A stretch of DNA of 64,000 nt from Callorhinchus milii (GCF_018977255.1 NW_024704742.1:42906001-42970000); one strand, 5' to 3'. Shown: positions 1 through 14,523, counted from the first letter of the stretch. Numbers and translations are program-made. The notes: generated by a model from the letters alone, not told the origin.

Positions 1-550
1 GGTATTGGGTAACTCGGGTCATCTTGGACACAAATTGGCTCCAAGTGACATGCTTGGCAATACAATGTCAGAATTGAGCCAACTCTCTGTGGCAATCTCA
101 ATAGTCCAGTTCCAGAACAGGAGAGTCCACAGTACTCAAGGGCACTGCTGATGACAGACAGTTTGGCTCATCGGCAGGACTTGGAGGGGTAGTCCAGTCA
201 TTGGAATTCTTGTTAACCCTGTAAGCCATCCAAAGCCCTAATGGGTAGGTGGTTTTAGTTTGGCAGGCAGCAGGATGTGTGCCAGACAGTGATATCAATG
301 GCAAGTTAGGAGGTTTTAGCTAATTAAACGCCAGCATTATCCCAACATACTCTCTGGGTCTTCAAGCCTTGGCTCTTGCCAATGTACTCCTAATGCTGAA
401 TTTGGTAAGCAGGATGTGTCCCTCCAGGAAATAGTTGTATTCCAGATGGAAATTTCCATGTGTAGGTGACATATATGGAAGTCTGGTTTGGGTACTCTTA
501 AGTATGTTGATGGATTTCCGCATTTGATAGATACCGGGCTAACCAAAAAT
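1..550 (+). mobile_element. Family X repeat copy
   Basis: Reverse-complement similarity to 53598-54165 and 34420-34600; ends in ...gctaaccaaaaa. Confidence 0.7.
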
Positions 551-1029
551 AGAGCATGAGTAACAAGTGGAACCATCGCTTCCAGGTCATGGTGCCACAG
601 GACATCTATATTAAGTTGGTTGTGTCTTGAACTGTGCTGTATTCTATATGTATTAATAAGAATAGATTTACAGTTCCAGTATTTTCATTCGTGACATTTC
701 AAAAGCTATATCAGACACCAAATTATTTGTTGTAAATGAACATCTGCTACTTTCAGCTGTTATCCATCTAGCATCACTTCAAGCAATTAATGATCCTTCC
801 TGCATATTACGTTACAGAAGCAATGCTTAATCTAGTTATTCAAACTGCAGCAGACTGCTTCTGTGATAGCTGTGAAAGCATGATCAGTGGAATTAAGGAG
901 CACTTTCATGCAGATCAACTCATCTATATTGATTTAACATGAATGCTTCCTTAACTGGTCTGATTGAAATTTGTCAAGAAAATCCCAGTATAAGCACACA
1001 TCTTTAAAGTAGTAGTATTTAGGTACAAA

Positions 1030-1575
1030 CAATAAACAAGGCAAACAAGATCCTCAGCTATATTAATAAAAAAGACAAACATGATGCTGGGCTATATTGC
1101 TAAATAAATTGAATTTAGGTCCCCAGATATCATACTCAGGCTGTATAGTGGTCTGGTCAAGCCACATCTAAAGTATTGCTCTGGTTCTGGTCACTGCAAC
1201 ATAGGAGAGCTGCCTATGCCCTGGAGGCAATACAGAGGGGAGCACAAGGAAGATTCCCACTGTTAGAGGAATGAGTTATGAGCAACGATTAAACATACTA
1301 GGGCTCTTCAGTCTTGAGAAAAGACATCTGAGTGGTACCTTTTGAATTAATTTTAAATGAATTGAAAAAGTAATCTCAAAACAATAGGATGCACCAAGAC
1401 AGCAGAACGAGAGGACATAGGCTTAGAGTTCTAAGGGTAATTTCAAGGACAGATACCAGCACATTTTTCTTTACCCAGAGGGTAATTAATGACTGGAGCA
1501 GGTTACCAAGAAGGGGGCTGAGGCCAGTACACTGCCCTCATTTCAAAAACAGGTTGGTGCTGTGACGGGAAGATG
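1030..1575 (+). mobile_element. CR1 LINE 3' fragment
   Basis: Degenerate ORF2 end (LYSGLVKPHLKYC...LEAIQR). Confidence 0.8.
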
Positions 1576-2334
1576 GTCGTGTGGGTGTTCTGGATTTGAT
1601 CAAGTTTTCTAAATCTGCAATTATATTTCATCTTGCTTTCCACTCAATTCTTTTCACTGCAACAAAATTTTATACTAAAATTCACAAATCAAAATTTTAA
1701 ATTGAAAAGACTCGGACACTTTGTTGTACAGCATTGCTTAGAATTTCAAAAGATAGCAAAAGGTAGGTATCTTAGATGGATAAATCATCAACTGTTTTTT
1801 CCTTTATTTTCCTTCTTTTCTTTCTTGTGCAACAATCCCTGACCTTGGCTCCACATCTTTTCCTGATGCATTGCCTTGTCATGTGGTTAATCGAGGATGT
1901 AAAACTGTGTCATATCACTTCAGGGCACAGGATGTTGGAGTACAGAATAATTGCACCACTACACCAAAAGGTTTTCATTAATCCAACTAGTAAGTTCTTG
2001 ATTATCTGCTTGAAAAGCATATCCTTAGTATAAACATGATCCATAATACAAATAGAAAACAGATTAAGATATTATAAGGTATTATTATTTGTGTAATAGG
2101 TAGAGACAGCATCATAATATATTTATGATTTTGGTATTCATATACTATTTATCTAATGTAACTCATTGAATAAATACTGCATGTTTAGTTAGGCCTCTAA
2201 CCTACTCTACTAGAAACACAGATTCTCTTCAAAAGAAGCTGCTTTGTTGATGAATGGGGAACTAACAACAGCTAGATATTAGGCACTTACCTACAAAAAA
2301 ACGCAGTCACTCCATCGAACAATAACTAATGAAA

Positions 2335-2930
2335 TATTTTTGGTCATCTGGGCATCTAACGTATCACCCTGCAAACCAGACTGAGAGTTTCACATAAATA
2401 TGGCATCTACACAGATAAATTACCTTGTGTCTGGAATGGAATAAACACTCTCTTCCTGGAAGGACACATCCTACAACTTGTCGGTACAGGTTGGCAAGTG
2501 CCAAGGCTTGAGGACTCTAGAGCATGTATTGGGATACTAAAACTGCACAGCTTACAATTGAGAGCACAAATATACAGTTAATTCACTTTACAATATATGC
2601 TGTGAAAAACTTTGAGATGTCTCGAAGAAGTGATAAGGCACTATATTAAATGCAAGGATTATTATTACTGTCTAGCAAGCTATGACACTGGCACAACATG
2701 TCTAGTTATGAGACCCTACCCATTGGAACTTTAACTTATGGAGTTAACAAAGGTCAAGTGGAAAGGATTTGACATCCAACAAGCACAGGTTTGAGCCCTC
2801 ACTCGATGGTTAAAAGATCCAAGGAACCTCCTGGGAAGCAACATAGCTCAGTATGAAATGCATGAGAGCATTGCCACCATCTTTCTAGTCGTAGCTCAGT
2901 CACAAATTCCTATCCATTGAGCGATGTTTC
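2335..2930 (-). mobile_element. Family X repeat copy with a nested SINE tail (~2565-2670)
   Basis: Both termini present (ttttttggtca... and ...attgagcg). Confidence 0.65.
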
Positions 2931-2939
2931 CTTCAGTTG

Positions 2940-3190
2940 GAATTATTATCCTCGGAAAAGCAATCCGCCAATCGACTAACAACTGGGTTCCTACTTACTG
3001 CTAGATATACAGAGGTGTGTGGAGTAAGGAAACTTGCCCAATGTTTCGCCCTGCTGGGAATCGAACTTAGGCCTCTCGCTTGCCTCTAAGCGGTCTGAGA
3101 TGCCATCCCGCGTGGAGAGCGCTATATAAATCAAAGTTGTTGTTTTTCTTGTTGTTGGCAAGAGCTCTAACCACTGAGCTACAGGACTCC
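2940..3190 (-). mobile_element. tRNA-derived SINE (family A, long form, 5' half) with a nested L2 3' tail
   Basis: Head ggagtcctgtagctcagtggttagagc on - strand; + strand L2 tail at ~3087-3156. Confidence 0.8.
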
Positions 3191-3427
3191 AGAAGCACAT
3201 TTCTGAGAAGATACTCATTTTACTTATAATTCCTACTTCAACCCAAAAGATAAGTAGATAGAATTGATTAATTTTGGCCCAGCAATCAAGTATTTTAACA
3301 ATAACATTTTCTAGAATCAATTCCAGTTAATATTAATGAAATGTACTTTGTGAAGTACGGTAAACATTAAAGTTCAAAGTTTATTTAAAAAAATGTATCT
3401 TTGAATATTGCTCTACTAAAAATCAGT

Positions 3428-3795
3428 ATCATCCTTGCATTTGATATAATGCCTTTTATGTCAAGAGGATGTCTCAAAGCACTACATGGGTTTTACCTGA
3501 AAATGGAGTGATTGTGCATTTTGTGACTGAACACAACAGTTGTAAAGTGAATAAACAATTTTAATTTGAGGATTATTGGCCAGGATCACAGGAAGAAATT
3601 CCATTCTCTTTTTGAATAGTGCATGGGACTTCAATGTCCGTCTGAACAGGCAAACAGGACCTGGTTTAATGTTTCCCCATCACTGCATTGGAGTGTCAGC
3701 CAAGATTACAACTTCAAAATCCCAATATGGAGTTTGAACCCATAACCTTCTGTCTCAGAGGCAAGAGTGCTACGAATTGAACCAGGGTGATACTC
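3428..3795 (-). mobile_element. Family B (DeuSINE-like) SINE
   Basis: Collinear similarity to 14524-14968. Confidence 0.72.
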
Positions 3796-6247
3796 AATTT
3801 TTAATATTAGACCACTTGGTTTGCCACATAAGACAAACAGTCCGCATACATTACAATTGTACAATAAGGAATCTCTTCCTATATTTCACTACTTACCAAA
3901 ATTCTTCTTTACAAGGATAATTACCTTTAAATCAGACATAAGGGAATAAAACTATGTATGATTTATGACTGCTGCTAGCCATAGAACTCTGTCTGTAGTT
4001 GTTACTTCCTTTTATTCCTGTTGTGATTTCTTTTCGTAATCTGTATTAATGTTGTGTGACTTAGAACAAGCAGCAGCATGAGAAATTAAGCAATTTTGGC
4101 ATCACTGAAGCACCACACACGATTTGTTCACATCAAGTGAACTACCTGCTGTGGGAGGTTTGTCAGCCCTGGCTTCACTCTAGATAATGCATTTTGCCAA
4201 AATCAAATATGCCTAAATTACCTTGTGTAAGAATGTCAACATAGCAAATCGGTAGTGTCCCCAACTGAGCTGTGACACAATTAGAAGGATAATACATTAT
4301 CCCAGGCCAGTCAGTTTTGTATTCTGCCCCTTCACTCACTGTTACACTGTAGTGTTAGAGTAATAATGGATTCAATTGTTCCAAGCAGTCCCATAACTGT
4401 ATTATCAACCCTAATCTAATAAAATAAGACATTGAATTCTGTTTTTACTTTGAAGTAAAAGATTTGAAATCTGCTCACTCTGTTGTCTTTAAACCTCCAT
4501 TCTTCCTATCTTCTATTTTTATTTTGACTTTTATTTGATTTTTAATCCTCAATCTAGCATAGATTGTCTTTTTGATCATGTATCTTCTTAAAAGTCTTAT
4601 ACTGAACTTTATCAAAAGAACTTATGTTCTTTCTTTTGTCTCAGGTTTCCACTACACCTTTTATTTTGGAAATGGGAGAATCATTTTTAAATATGGGCAA
4701 CAAAGGCCTTTAAAAGAGATTTTCAGACAATCCCCAAATCACAGAATGCAAGGATTCACCTGGTCACATTATAGATGCTGATTGTGACAATCATTGGCAT
4801 ACAAATCATCTAAAAATTGCAAAGGGTTTGGTCAAAGAGTTTTTTTTGTTAGTAATTTTTGAACTTTGTACAGTTAAACTTTTCCACAGTGTTTCATGCC
4901 TCAACCACCTTTTTTGCTAACCTGTTCCAACTACAGTATTAATTACTCTCTTGGTAACAAAATAATTGCTGATATTTGTTCTGCAATGGCCCTTCCAACC
5001 CTAAACCTGCGCTGCCTTGTTCTGTTGTCATGGCATATCTGAAGGTGTTGTTCTGAGATTATAATAGTAATAATAATAATCCTTGCATTTCATATGATGC
5101 TTTTTCATGTTGTCGAAACATTTCAAATACTTCACTTGATTTCTGCTGTAAAGTGTAGTAACTGTGTATTTACGTGTGGTTTACTTTCTTAATATTATTT
5201 AAAATCCTACATACCTATATAAGGTTCCTCTAAAACTCCAAATCATCTTAGACTCATCGCTTGCTAATCATTCCTTTAACACTAGGGATCATTATTGTCT
5301 TTCTGGCAGATTTCTGGCAGTCTACGTATTTCATGGAGATGAGAACCTTCCTATGTGTAGGAAGGCAAGATTGAACAGACTACTTTGCCAAATGAATGTG
5401 TGGTACTGGAACAGGGAACAGCATTAGTAACTGTCACTTGATTGTAGATGTAGGAGTAAAATAAGAAGCTTTATCAGACTGCCAGGAAGAACTTGCAGAA
5501 ACATCAGATAGCTAATTAGAGGTGACTCATCAAACCATGTTAAAGAAAACTCATATTGAGGCATGTTTGGAAAGTACTAAATATTTTGACCTAGGTATGT
5601 GAAGCATAATACCCTAAAGATCTGACCAAGTTACCCAGAATGAAGTACCATTAGGATGTGGGAGAGAGATCACTAAAGGCAGTTATTCTACTCTGTGTGC
5701 TCCCCAGAGACTTAAACAAGTGCCACTTAACTTTCCTGTCCTAGATAAGCAATTGCTTATAGAATATTTAACAATTTACTGTTCACAAATTAGGAGATGT
5801 ATTACACTACAATACATTATGTTAGAATAATTATAAAATATTATATTTAAAAGCAAACAAGGTACCATGAATGACTATTTTCCGGTACCATTCAAAGGCA
5901 GTTACATAACGTAAGTTCAATATGCAGGGATGCATATGGAATAGAAAACCTGGTAGCCAGGCTCATAATTGAACATTTTTAAGACTAGGCTAAAAGAAAG
6001 GAGTTTACATTGTATTTAGATAATTGCTATAATCAGTGCTGTCTGCCACCTTCCTCAGCTTCCCCCTCCCCCAGCTTGGCTCTCAGTCAGCTCTGTGAAG
6101 TGCTTTGAGACGTTCTTCCAATGTGAAAGGTGCTATATAAATGTAGAATTGTTGTTGTTGTATAGTGAGAATTATAGGATTACTTTAATAGAGGTCAACT
6201 CTGCAATTTGTTTTGAGTTTGTCAGGGTGCAGAGGTAAAGTAGAAAC

Positions 6248-6615
6248 ATAATAATAATCCTTGCATTTGATATAACACCTTATCACATCTTCTAGACATC
6301 TCAAAACTCTTCACAGAATATACTGTAAAGTGAATTGACTGTCTATTTATGGGCGAAACACGGCAGCCAATTAAGCACAGCAGTGTCCCACAAACAATCG
6401 TGGATTGAGTAACCAAATTATTATTGTTCCTTTTTACACATTATTATCCCTGGAAAAGCAATCTGCCAATCGACTAACAACAGGGTTCCTACTTACAGCT
6501 CAGTATACAGGGGTATGTGGAAGTAAGGAAACTTGCCCAAAATTTTGCCCTGCTGGGAATAGAACTCAGATCTCTCTCTTGTGAGACGATCGCTCTAACC
6601 ACTGAGCTACAGAAA
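6248..6615 (-). mobile_element. tRNA-derived SINE (family A, long form)
   Basis: A/B-box head, extra internal segment, (TTA)n tail. Confidence 0.85.
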
Positions 6616-6639
6616 CACCACGGACAAATACCCAACTTT

Positions 6640-7060
6640 GCGAAATTACACAGAATTACATTGTCTATTACAGCACAGAAATAAGCCATTTTGCCCAATC
6701 CATCTGTCCTGTTGTTTATACTCCACATGAGGCTCCACTCCTCCTAAATACACTCTCCTACACTTCTCTATTTCCTTCTCCATCATGTATGCATCAGCTT
6801 TCTTTTAAATATGGTGATGCTATTTGCTTCATCCAGTTTCTAGTGGTGAGTTCCACATTCTGACCACCCTCTGTATAAAGACATTTCTCTTAAACTCCCT
6901 TTTAGATCTGCTACTGGTTATCTTATATTTATGCCAGCTCAATTTAAACTTACCCCAAAGTGAAAACAATCTATTATCGTCCATCCTAGCGAAACCTTTC
7001 ATAATTGTAAACATTATGATGTTTACATTATATCTCTATCAAAATTTGAAGGGTTAAAAC
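6640..7060 (-). mobile_element. CR1 3' fragment
   Basis: FIQRVVRMWNS motif on - strand. Confidence 0.75.
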
Positions 7061-9194
7061 TCTCAGTCCCAAACATAACCAGATATTCATCCCACTCTTA
7101 TTTGAACATCTAATGTGACACAGCATTAATTGCTTTAGGTGGGAGTTATCCAATCTGAAGACATGCTGGAGGCTTGGGAAGTATGAAGTGTAATTTCAAG
7201 CTTATGGTTAGGTATACATAGATTTGCATTTGCAATTTATTTCAAATCTATAGAATGCAAATTGAATTGTAAAATCTCATTTTGTTTTAAAAGGAACTCA
7301 ACAATTTTCTGCAAGGGGAAATAGTAAATGGGTGGTAGGTAAAAGTTCACTTGACTTTTAAAGTAATAATTAAAGAGGTTTGGGGCCTCATAAGCAGTTC
7401 TGCCATCTCCATGGCAAAGATGCTTCTAGCATCTCATTTCTCTCTTCACTGCTTCACCTCCGTGACACTGTCTTTCCTAATTTTACTCTTACCACTATCA
7501 CCGTCTTTATTTTTGTCTCCTACAATGGTTTCCCTCCCCCCCACCGAGCCCAGTCAGTTATGGTGTTTCTCAGGACTCTCTTATCTTTATTATGTTTTTG
7601 CTCTCTTCTAGTGACATAATAATAATCCTAGCATTTGATATAACGCCTATCACATCTTCAAGATGTCTCAAAGTGCTTCATAGGATATACTGTACAGTGA
7701 ATTAACTGTATATTTTGTGGGCAAAACATGGCGGCCAATTGTACCTAGCAGTGTCATCATCATCCATACGTATGCGCAGAGTTAGTGGCAGAAGTGGGAG
7801 ATGTTACGGAGATGAAGAAAAGCAGAGTGAAAGAGACCCCTTATGTAAGGTTTGAAGGTTAGTTGTGAGTTGAATCCATCAATGTTTTGCATCAGCTCCA
7901 TGAATTCAAGCAAGCTCAAAAAACTGTTGAAGCATAATGAGTGATTTAAATGTTTGTGATTTTTTAATAAAATGAACATGTAGCCAATGCTGAAGCCTCA
8001 GGTCTCTCTCAAAACTACAAAAGTGACAGGATAAAATATGACTAGATGTAGGCTAGTTAGAAATGTCATGCATGATAGTATTCTTGGCAAAATCAACCCA
8101 CATGTTTAATTAATGGCAGTCTTTTTGGCTATAATAAGTTGTTTCATTTTGGGAAGATGCAGACAGCTCAACATGCATACAATTGTGGGGTTTGGTGCCT
8201 TGGAACACAGCAGTATTGTAGAACTGTTAATGTGTAAGTGGTTGTAGATGCTAAACGACCAAGTTTGTCTCTGTGCTATTGTCTCTAAAGTAATTCTGAT
8301 TTGCTGAGTTTGTTGACTCAAGTTTGACAAATGCTTTTCAAATGAGCAGACAGCATAGATGCTGAAGATTACAATAGTCTTAGTAGTGTCATCAACAAGG
8401 CTACATGGACCATGATTCAAAATCTTCAGTTCAAAGCAGAGATGTAGCATGCTTTGTCTGCTCAGTCTGAATCATAGATGGAACTATTGTTCCTGTACAC
8501 ATAGCAAGTGACATGAAGTCAACGTATACCATCTGAGAGGCTGAACACCCTTCTTCTTGTCCATCTTTTTCACTTACGCTTGGAGAAGTCTCCTTGTGTC
8601 AGTTTTTTTGTGGGCTTTGACATTCTTACCATTGATAATGATAATTCTTGCATTTGATATAGTGTTGTATCATGACTTTGAGACTCTCAAAGCATTTCAC
8701 AGAATATACTGTATATAAATTGATGTACATTTTGTGGGTGAAACAAATAATCTTAATGTAGCCAAATGACAATATAGAGTTTGAAACAAAAAATATTAAT
8801 GTGGAGAGATTTGTAAACTTGTAATAATCTCTAATTAGCACCCAAATTGTTATAAAAATAATTAAAACATATTGCTGACCATTATGTTTGTGGTTGAGAT
8901 ACCAGGGAACAATAAGTCATTAAGTCTGATATTAGTTGTAATTATGCTGAAAGAAATAGGCAAATATATTAATATTAGTAATAATTCGACTAAAATTCTA
9001 CCAGATAAAATGTAACTACATGTGTATAAAAGACATAATAACAAAGACTTGAAAATTCTCATGGTATTAGTCTGAAGACCATTGTCCTAATATTTAAGAT
9101 TTTTTAAAATGTTCAGTTTTATTTTGGAAACAGATTTTTCCCCAAATAAATGCTAGCTGTTAATTATATAACGTCTTTGGATTTTATGACAACC

Positions 9195-9580
9195 ATCATC
9201 CTTGCATTTGATATAACATCTATAATGTCAAAACATCTCATTGCATATTACTGTCAAAGTGTAGTGACTATATTTATAGGTAAACACTGCAGCTAATTTG
9301 CACATAATAAAATAGCTATGAAGTGAATGATCATTTTTTTCTGGATTGTTGCCCATGATACCAGAAGAAAACCCCTCTTTTTTGAAGAATGTCATGGATC
9401 CTTACTATCCACTTGAATAGGCAAGCCAGGATCTCGGATTAATGCCCACAATGCCATTGTTGTGCTCTCCCAGTACTGCACTAAAGTGTCAGCCTTGACT
9501 AAATCAAAATCGCAACATAGGGCTTGACGAAAACCTCCTTACTCAGAGATGAGTGTACTAACAATTAAACTAAGACCACA
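9195..9580 (-). mobile_element. Family B (DeuSINE-like) SINE, diverged
   Basis: Collinear similarity to 14524-14968. Confidence 0.68.
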
Positions 9581-9949
9581 CCTACTTCTAATATGTGCCT
9601 TGAATCCACAACCTTCTAAGCAACTGAATCAAGTAGTTGAATTACAATACAATTTACATTTTATAGTGCCTTTCAACTCAGGCGGAGGTCTCAAAATTCT
9701 TGACAATGCTAGATGGGCAACTAACTGGGGGTGGGATTAGGCTCAATTGGTAACACACTCACTTTTGGGTCAAGAGGTTGTGAGCACAGTATTGAAAATA
9801 GCAGGGATTTTACCACCTTCTTTTGTGACTAAATGAAGAACATTAGCATTATAGCTAAATTTAAATATCATTAATTCATTGTTTTAATCTGCATTCCTTC
9901 ATAGATAGAATATATATTAATGACCTTTTGTCAGTTCTGCAAAAACAAT

Positions 9950-10360
9950 TTTGTCAGTTCTGATGAAAGGTCATCGACCAGAAAGTTTAATAATAAACCC
10001 TGTATTTGATATCATGCTTTTCACGTCTTCTAGACGTCTCAAAGCGCTTCAGAGAATATACTGTAAAGTGAATTGACTGTATATTTGTGGAAAAAAGCGG
10101 CAGCCAATTGCCCACAGCAGTGTCCCACAAACAGTCATGGATTCAAGTGATCAATTTTATTATTGTTTTTTTTGAAAGATTATTATCAGGCATGTGGAGT
10201 AAGGAAACTTGCCCAAGGTTTTGCCATGCTGGGCATCGAACCCAGTCTCTTGCCTGCAAGGCAAATGCTCTCACCACTGAGCTACAGGAGTTAATTCACT
10301 TTCCTCTCTCCATAGATGCTGCCTGACCTGCTGAGTGTTCCCAGCGACTTCTTTTATATT
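9950..10360 (+). mobile_element. Second copy of the Penelope-like/hammerhead element, split by a SINE insertion
   Basis: cagttCTGATGAaaGGTCatcGACCaGAAA at 9955-9984; element resumes at ~10290 (ttaattcactttcctctctccatagatgctgcctgacctgctgag). Confidence 0.75.
9990..10288 (-). mobile_element. tRNA-derived SINE (family A, short form)
   Basis: tRNA-like head (gtagctcagtgg...gggttcgatgccc) and L2-like tail. Confidence 0.85.
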
Positions 10361-11069
10361 GCTTTTAAATGAGTTCAATGTCCTGGCCTCAACCAACTTT
10401 CTTGACAACCTGTTCCAGTTGTTCATTACCCTTTCTATAAAGAAAAATGTCCTGGTATGGATAAATAGCTACAGCTATGTGTGGGATGTTACTGTTGCTG
10501 TAGTGCTTCTCTCCAGGGCAGTAAATCATAAGCTTTTCTGGGTTCTTTATGATCTGTGGAGAAAGCAAAGGACACAAATTCGGACTCTAATCAAAATTGT
10601 GCCCTAGAGTTTTATGTTGTGCTCTACACATATTTCATTGTTACAGAGTGATTTGTTTAAGAACTGTGGAAAATCAGCTTCTAAATAAAGACTGAATATA
10701 AGAATTTTCCAAAATCCTGTGCAATTTAGAATAGAGCAGTGGCCTTAAGGTTCACTCCATGAGAAATGTTTGTGCTCTGGAGACCAGGGATAGAAGAAGA
10801 AAGTTAGAAATTAAATCATTCAAATTACAGTGAAATGAGTCATTAAATTGAACATGTTTCTTTTCTGCATTTAATAAAATAAAGCTCTCATCAAAGATTT
10901 GAGACAAAGCAACAGAACAATAACAACCATAAATAAGAAAATGTGTTTTTTCCTTAGAGATTGTTGCATCTTATAAATGATACTGTCGGAACAGTACTTT
11001 CATTTACTCCTATTCTCAACAACAACAATATGACATTTATATAGTGTCTCTCGTGTAAAGAGGACATCG

Positions 11070-11330
11070 AGATGAAGGTCCCATTGCAGGTCAAGCTTGT
11101 GGCATATAAGACCTGGCTGCAGACAGTCCTCCTTTATGGATTTGAGCTTCTGGGGATGCAATGGAGAAGCTTCCTCCAACCCATCTGCAAAGTCCAGGAT
11201 TAAGCAATGAAGTGGATGTGAGTTGGCTTTTCAGCAGGCGCATCTATTTGCCAAGGCCTCTCACATGAGGACCTGGATTAAGCAGCTCATGCTGCATCAG
11301 CTTGATACACGACATTGGACATGGACCTCG
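11070..11330 (+). mobile_element. Possible old RTE-clade LINE fragment
   Basis: PLQVKLVAYKTWLQTVLLYGFE resembles the RTE ORF C-terminal KL-Y...LLYG-E-W motif. Confidence 0.45.
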
Positions 11331-12644
11331 AGAACATCAAGGTGGGGGCAGAAAGCATGAACAAAAGGAAAAGTCAAGGTATTTCTTAAAGATGAAGAGG
11401 GAATGAGCAAGGTGGAGGGACATTATGGAGCTGCAGAGAGAGTGTACAGAATGCCTAATAGCTCCCCCACTGATGGTGGGATGAGCAGTGGACAAGAAGC
11501 AAGCTGATGTTCACTGAGCAGAGAGAGCAGATAGGGTGCTAGAACATGTGAAGTTCTGCAAAGCTACACTCAATCTACTGACAGACAGAAAGTAACATAA
11601 TTGAATGGACTGGACAGGTCATATTTCCAACTCTTCCTTCTCCTAAAATGGATCAATGTGGTAACCTGAATTCATGATTCACCTTCAGCCTTTCTGAGAC
11701 TATTGCAAACATCTGTGGGAGGTAGTCTAGTGTCACAATGAACTATTGTGTCCAGTGAGCTATTGTGGTGTCATATTCAGGACTCAGGTTCTTGCCTCCT
11801 TCAAGATCCGTCTCAAGACCCTTCCCATCGACCACGTCTTTGTGAACCCTCCTGCCACAAATCTCCCTGCCCTCCCTCCCTCCTGATCCCAACCCCCAGC
11901 TCGGGTCCAAATCCCTGACTTTCCAGTGCCATGGAACGTCCTCCTAGTGTGAAAGGCTCTACACAAATGTAATTTGTTGTTATTGATATGTGCATTCTTT
12001 ATTTATTGAATTTCATCCTGTTATAAATCTCTCGGAATATAAGTGAGCAGATCACCAAAGAACCAAAAGAGGGATAGAGTCTATTATCACTTAGACTTGA
12101 CAGATAATCATCTCTTAGTTTAAATGGCAACTGCTGAACCTATGGTTAGCTTTCAATTTGTCAGCTCTTGTTGCTTGAGGCATTTTCAGTGGAGTGGCAG
12201 AAATGTCAGTGTGGTTTAATCTCAAAAGAATGTCTTCCATCCTTGCAAAAAATGACACTTAATTAGTCATTGGAAAATTGTAAGCAGTACTTGTTCCTGT
12301 TTAGATTGATTCAACCGGTGTCAGAAATTCACTGAGTTATTCACTTCCAAAAAGGTTGTGGAGTACTGGGCTAAAATGAACAATGCAGTTTAATATTAAT
12401 AACAAATAATTTACCCTGTAAAACTACTTCCATCAGGAAATTATGTTATAATTTATAATAAATTTATTCTATCATGATTAGTGTAACAAGTTGAGATGGC
12501 GAAACAGTTTTGAATTAATAATGGTTCAGGTCCATAAAACAGAATTGAAACAAACCACAGTATATTGGTGCTTTATTCTTTTACCTCTTATGCTCACAAG
12601 AAACCAGCTTGCACTACAATGTACTCTAGTTAAGCCATTTGCAC

Positions 12645-13150
12645 ACCAATAACCCCAATCCTCGCCAGGCTTCACTGGCTCCCTGTCCTGTCTCTGAAAC
12701 GATTGATTTCAAGATCCTCACCTCAGCATGCAACCTCTCTGATCTCTTCGCATCGTAGCATCTCCCCATCTTTCTTGTGCTTGGCATCCAGCCCCACCAC
12801 TTTGCAATTCTCTGAGAAGCTTTCCTGCATGAAGGGCACTATATCAATGTAAGTTGATGTTGGCAAGGCTGACTTGCCCGTCCCACCAAGGTTCTTCACC
12901 TCTCTGCCCCCACCCTCTGAAACTCCATCCCACAGTCCCTCCGCCTCGCCCCCTCCTTTGCCTCCTTCAAGTCCTGTCTCAAGACCCTCCTCTTTAACTG
13001 TACCTTCGGTCACCCTCCTACCCCTACCCTCCCTGCCCTCCCCCCCCCACCCATCCCAACCACCAGCTTGTGTGAAAGTCCCTAATTATCCAACGCCTTG
13101 GGACGTCCTCCCACCGTGAAAGGTGCTATAAAATTTAATTTGTTGTCGTT
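12645..13150 (+). mobile_element. L2 3' fragment
   Basis: cttcactggctccctgt...gatttcaagatcctc; tail gtgaaaggtgctata...ttgtcgtt. Confidence 0.8.
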
Positions 13151-13227
13151 GTTTACAAATACAGTCACTACATTTTACGATAAATCTTGCCAAGTGCTAT
13201 GCGACATTGACAACATGATAAGGCAAA

Positions 13228-14341
13228 ATCAACAACAACTTGCACTTCACGCAGGGTAGTGTCCCGAAGCGCTTCACTGTGGTGAAGTCTGACAACAAGC
13301 CAGGGGGAGAGGGAACGGGTAGGTGACCGTAAGCACAATCAAAAAGGAAGGTCTTTACGTGTGATTTGAAGGTGGGGAGGAAGGGGGCAAGGCGGAGGGA
13401 TTGAGGGAGAGAGTTCCAGGGTTTTGGCGCGTAGTGGCTGAAGGCACGCACATTGTTGAGGGAACGGAGGACACGTGGGACAAAGAGGAGGCTGGAGCCA
13501 GTCGAGCAGAGGCAACGGGTAGTGGATTGGGGGTTAAGCAGGTCGGATAGGTAGGGAAGTGCAAGGGCATGAAGTGAATCGAAAACAAGTGAGAGGAACT
13601 TGAAATTGATCCGTTTGGTGATTGGGAGCCAGTGGAGCCTGGCTAGGACTTGTGTGATGGGGGTGCGGAGTTTCGTGTGGGTAAATATTCGGCCTTCTGA
13701 GTTTTTAATTAATTAGATTTTGTGTATGGTGGAGCTGTGGAGACCAGCCAGGAGAGTGTTCGAATAGTCCAGCGAAGGCGTGGACAAGGTTTTCAGCTAC
13801 GTCAGTTGTGAGTGTGGCGGAGGTGGAAAAAAGCGGTCCTGGTCAGGGAACGGATGTAGGGTAGAAAGGAAAGCTGGGGATCAAACCTGATGTAAGCTGC
13901 GCATGGCTTCGATGAATGTGAGGCAGAGCCCAGGGAGGTTGAGGAGTTCAGATCCACAGGAGTGAAGACATTGACAGAAGCCAAGGAGTATGGCTTCCTT
14001 CTTGTCCACATTCAGGCCTTGATGCCTGACAGACAAGGTGATAGAATATCGTCGGACCTGGAGTTGGTACTGAAGGAGGAAAAGTAGATTTGGGTGTCAT
14101 CCGCATACTTGTGGAAGTTTACCCCATGTCTGTGGATGACATCGCCAAGAGGGAGCATATAGATAAGGAAAAGAAGAGGGACAAGGATGGAGCCCTGGGG
14201 TACCCCAAAGGTGACCGGCGGGGATGGGAGGACAGATCATTTGCCGAGATGAAATGGAGGCAGTTTGTTAAGTAGGACTCGAACCATGCAAGTGTGTTCC
14301 CGCTAAGGTGGATGAGGGAGGAGAAACAGTGGAGGAGGATG
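13228..14341 (-). mobile_element. L2 LINE fragment (RT region to 3' end, internally deleted)
   Basis: gtgtcatccgcatac (YADDT motif on - strand), PQGS-like motif, L2 tail. Confidence 0.88.
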
Positions 14342-14523
14342 TTTCCAATTTTGTATGTTAATTATGGACACCCATTCCAACCCATTGTCCAAAAAAAACA
14401 CCCATTCCCACCAAAACCCATTGTTAGTGAAGAGAGAATAAATGATAGGAACACAAATAGACTACTGAGACAAAGAAGTGTGCATAAAATTTTCTTCTGT
14501 CCTCTGCTCTATCACCAAGTTTG

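Noticed and set aside
5467..5481. agctttatcagactg resembles miR-21
   Set aside because: Extra base in the seed region, 3' half does not match, and no precursor hairpin.
8106..8450. 114-aa ORF
   Set aside because: No recognisable domain or splice context; length is within chance range.
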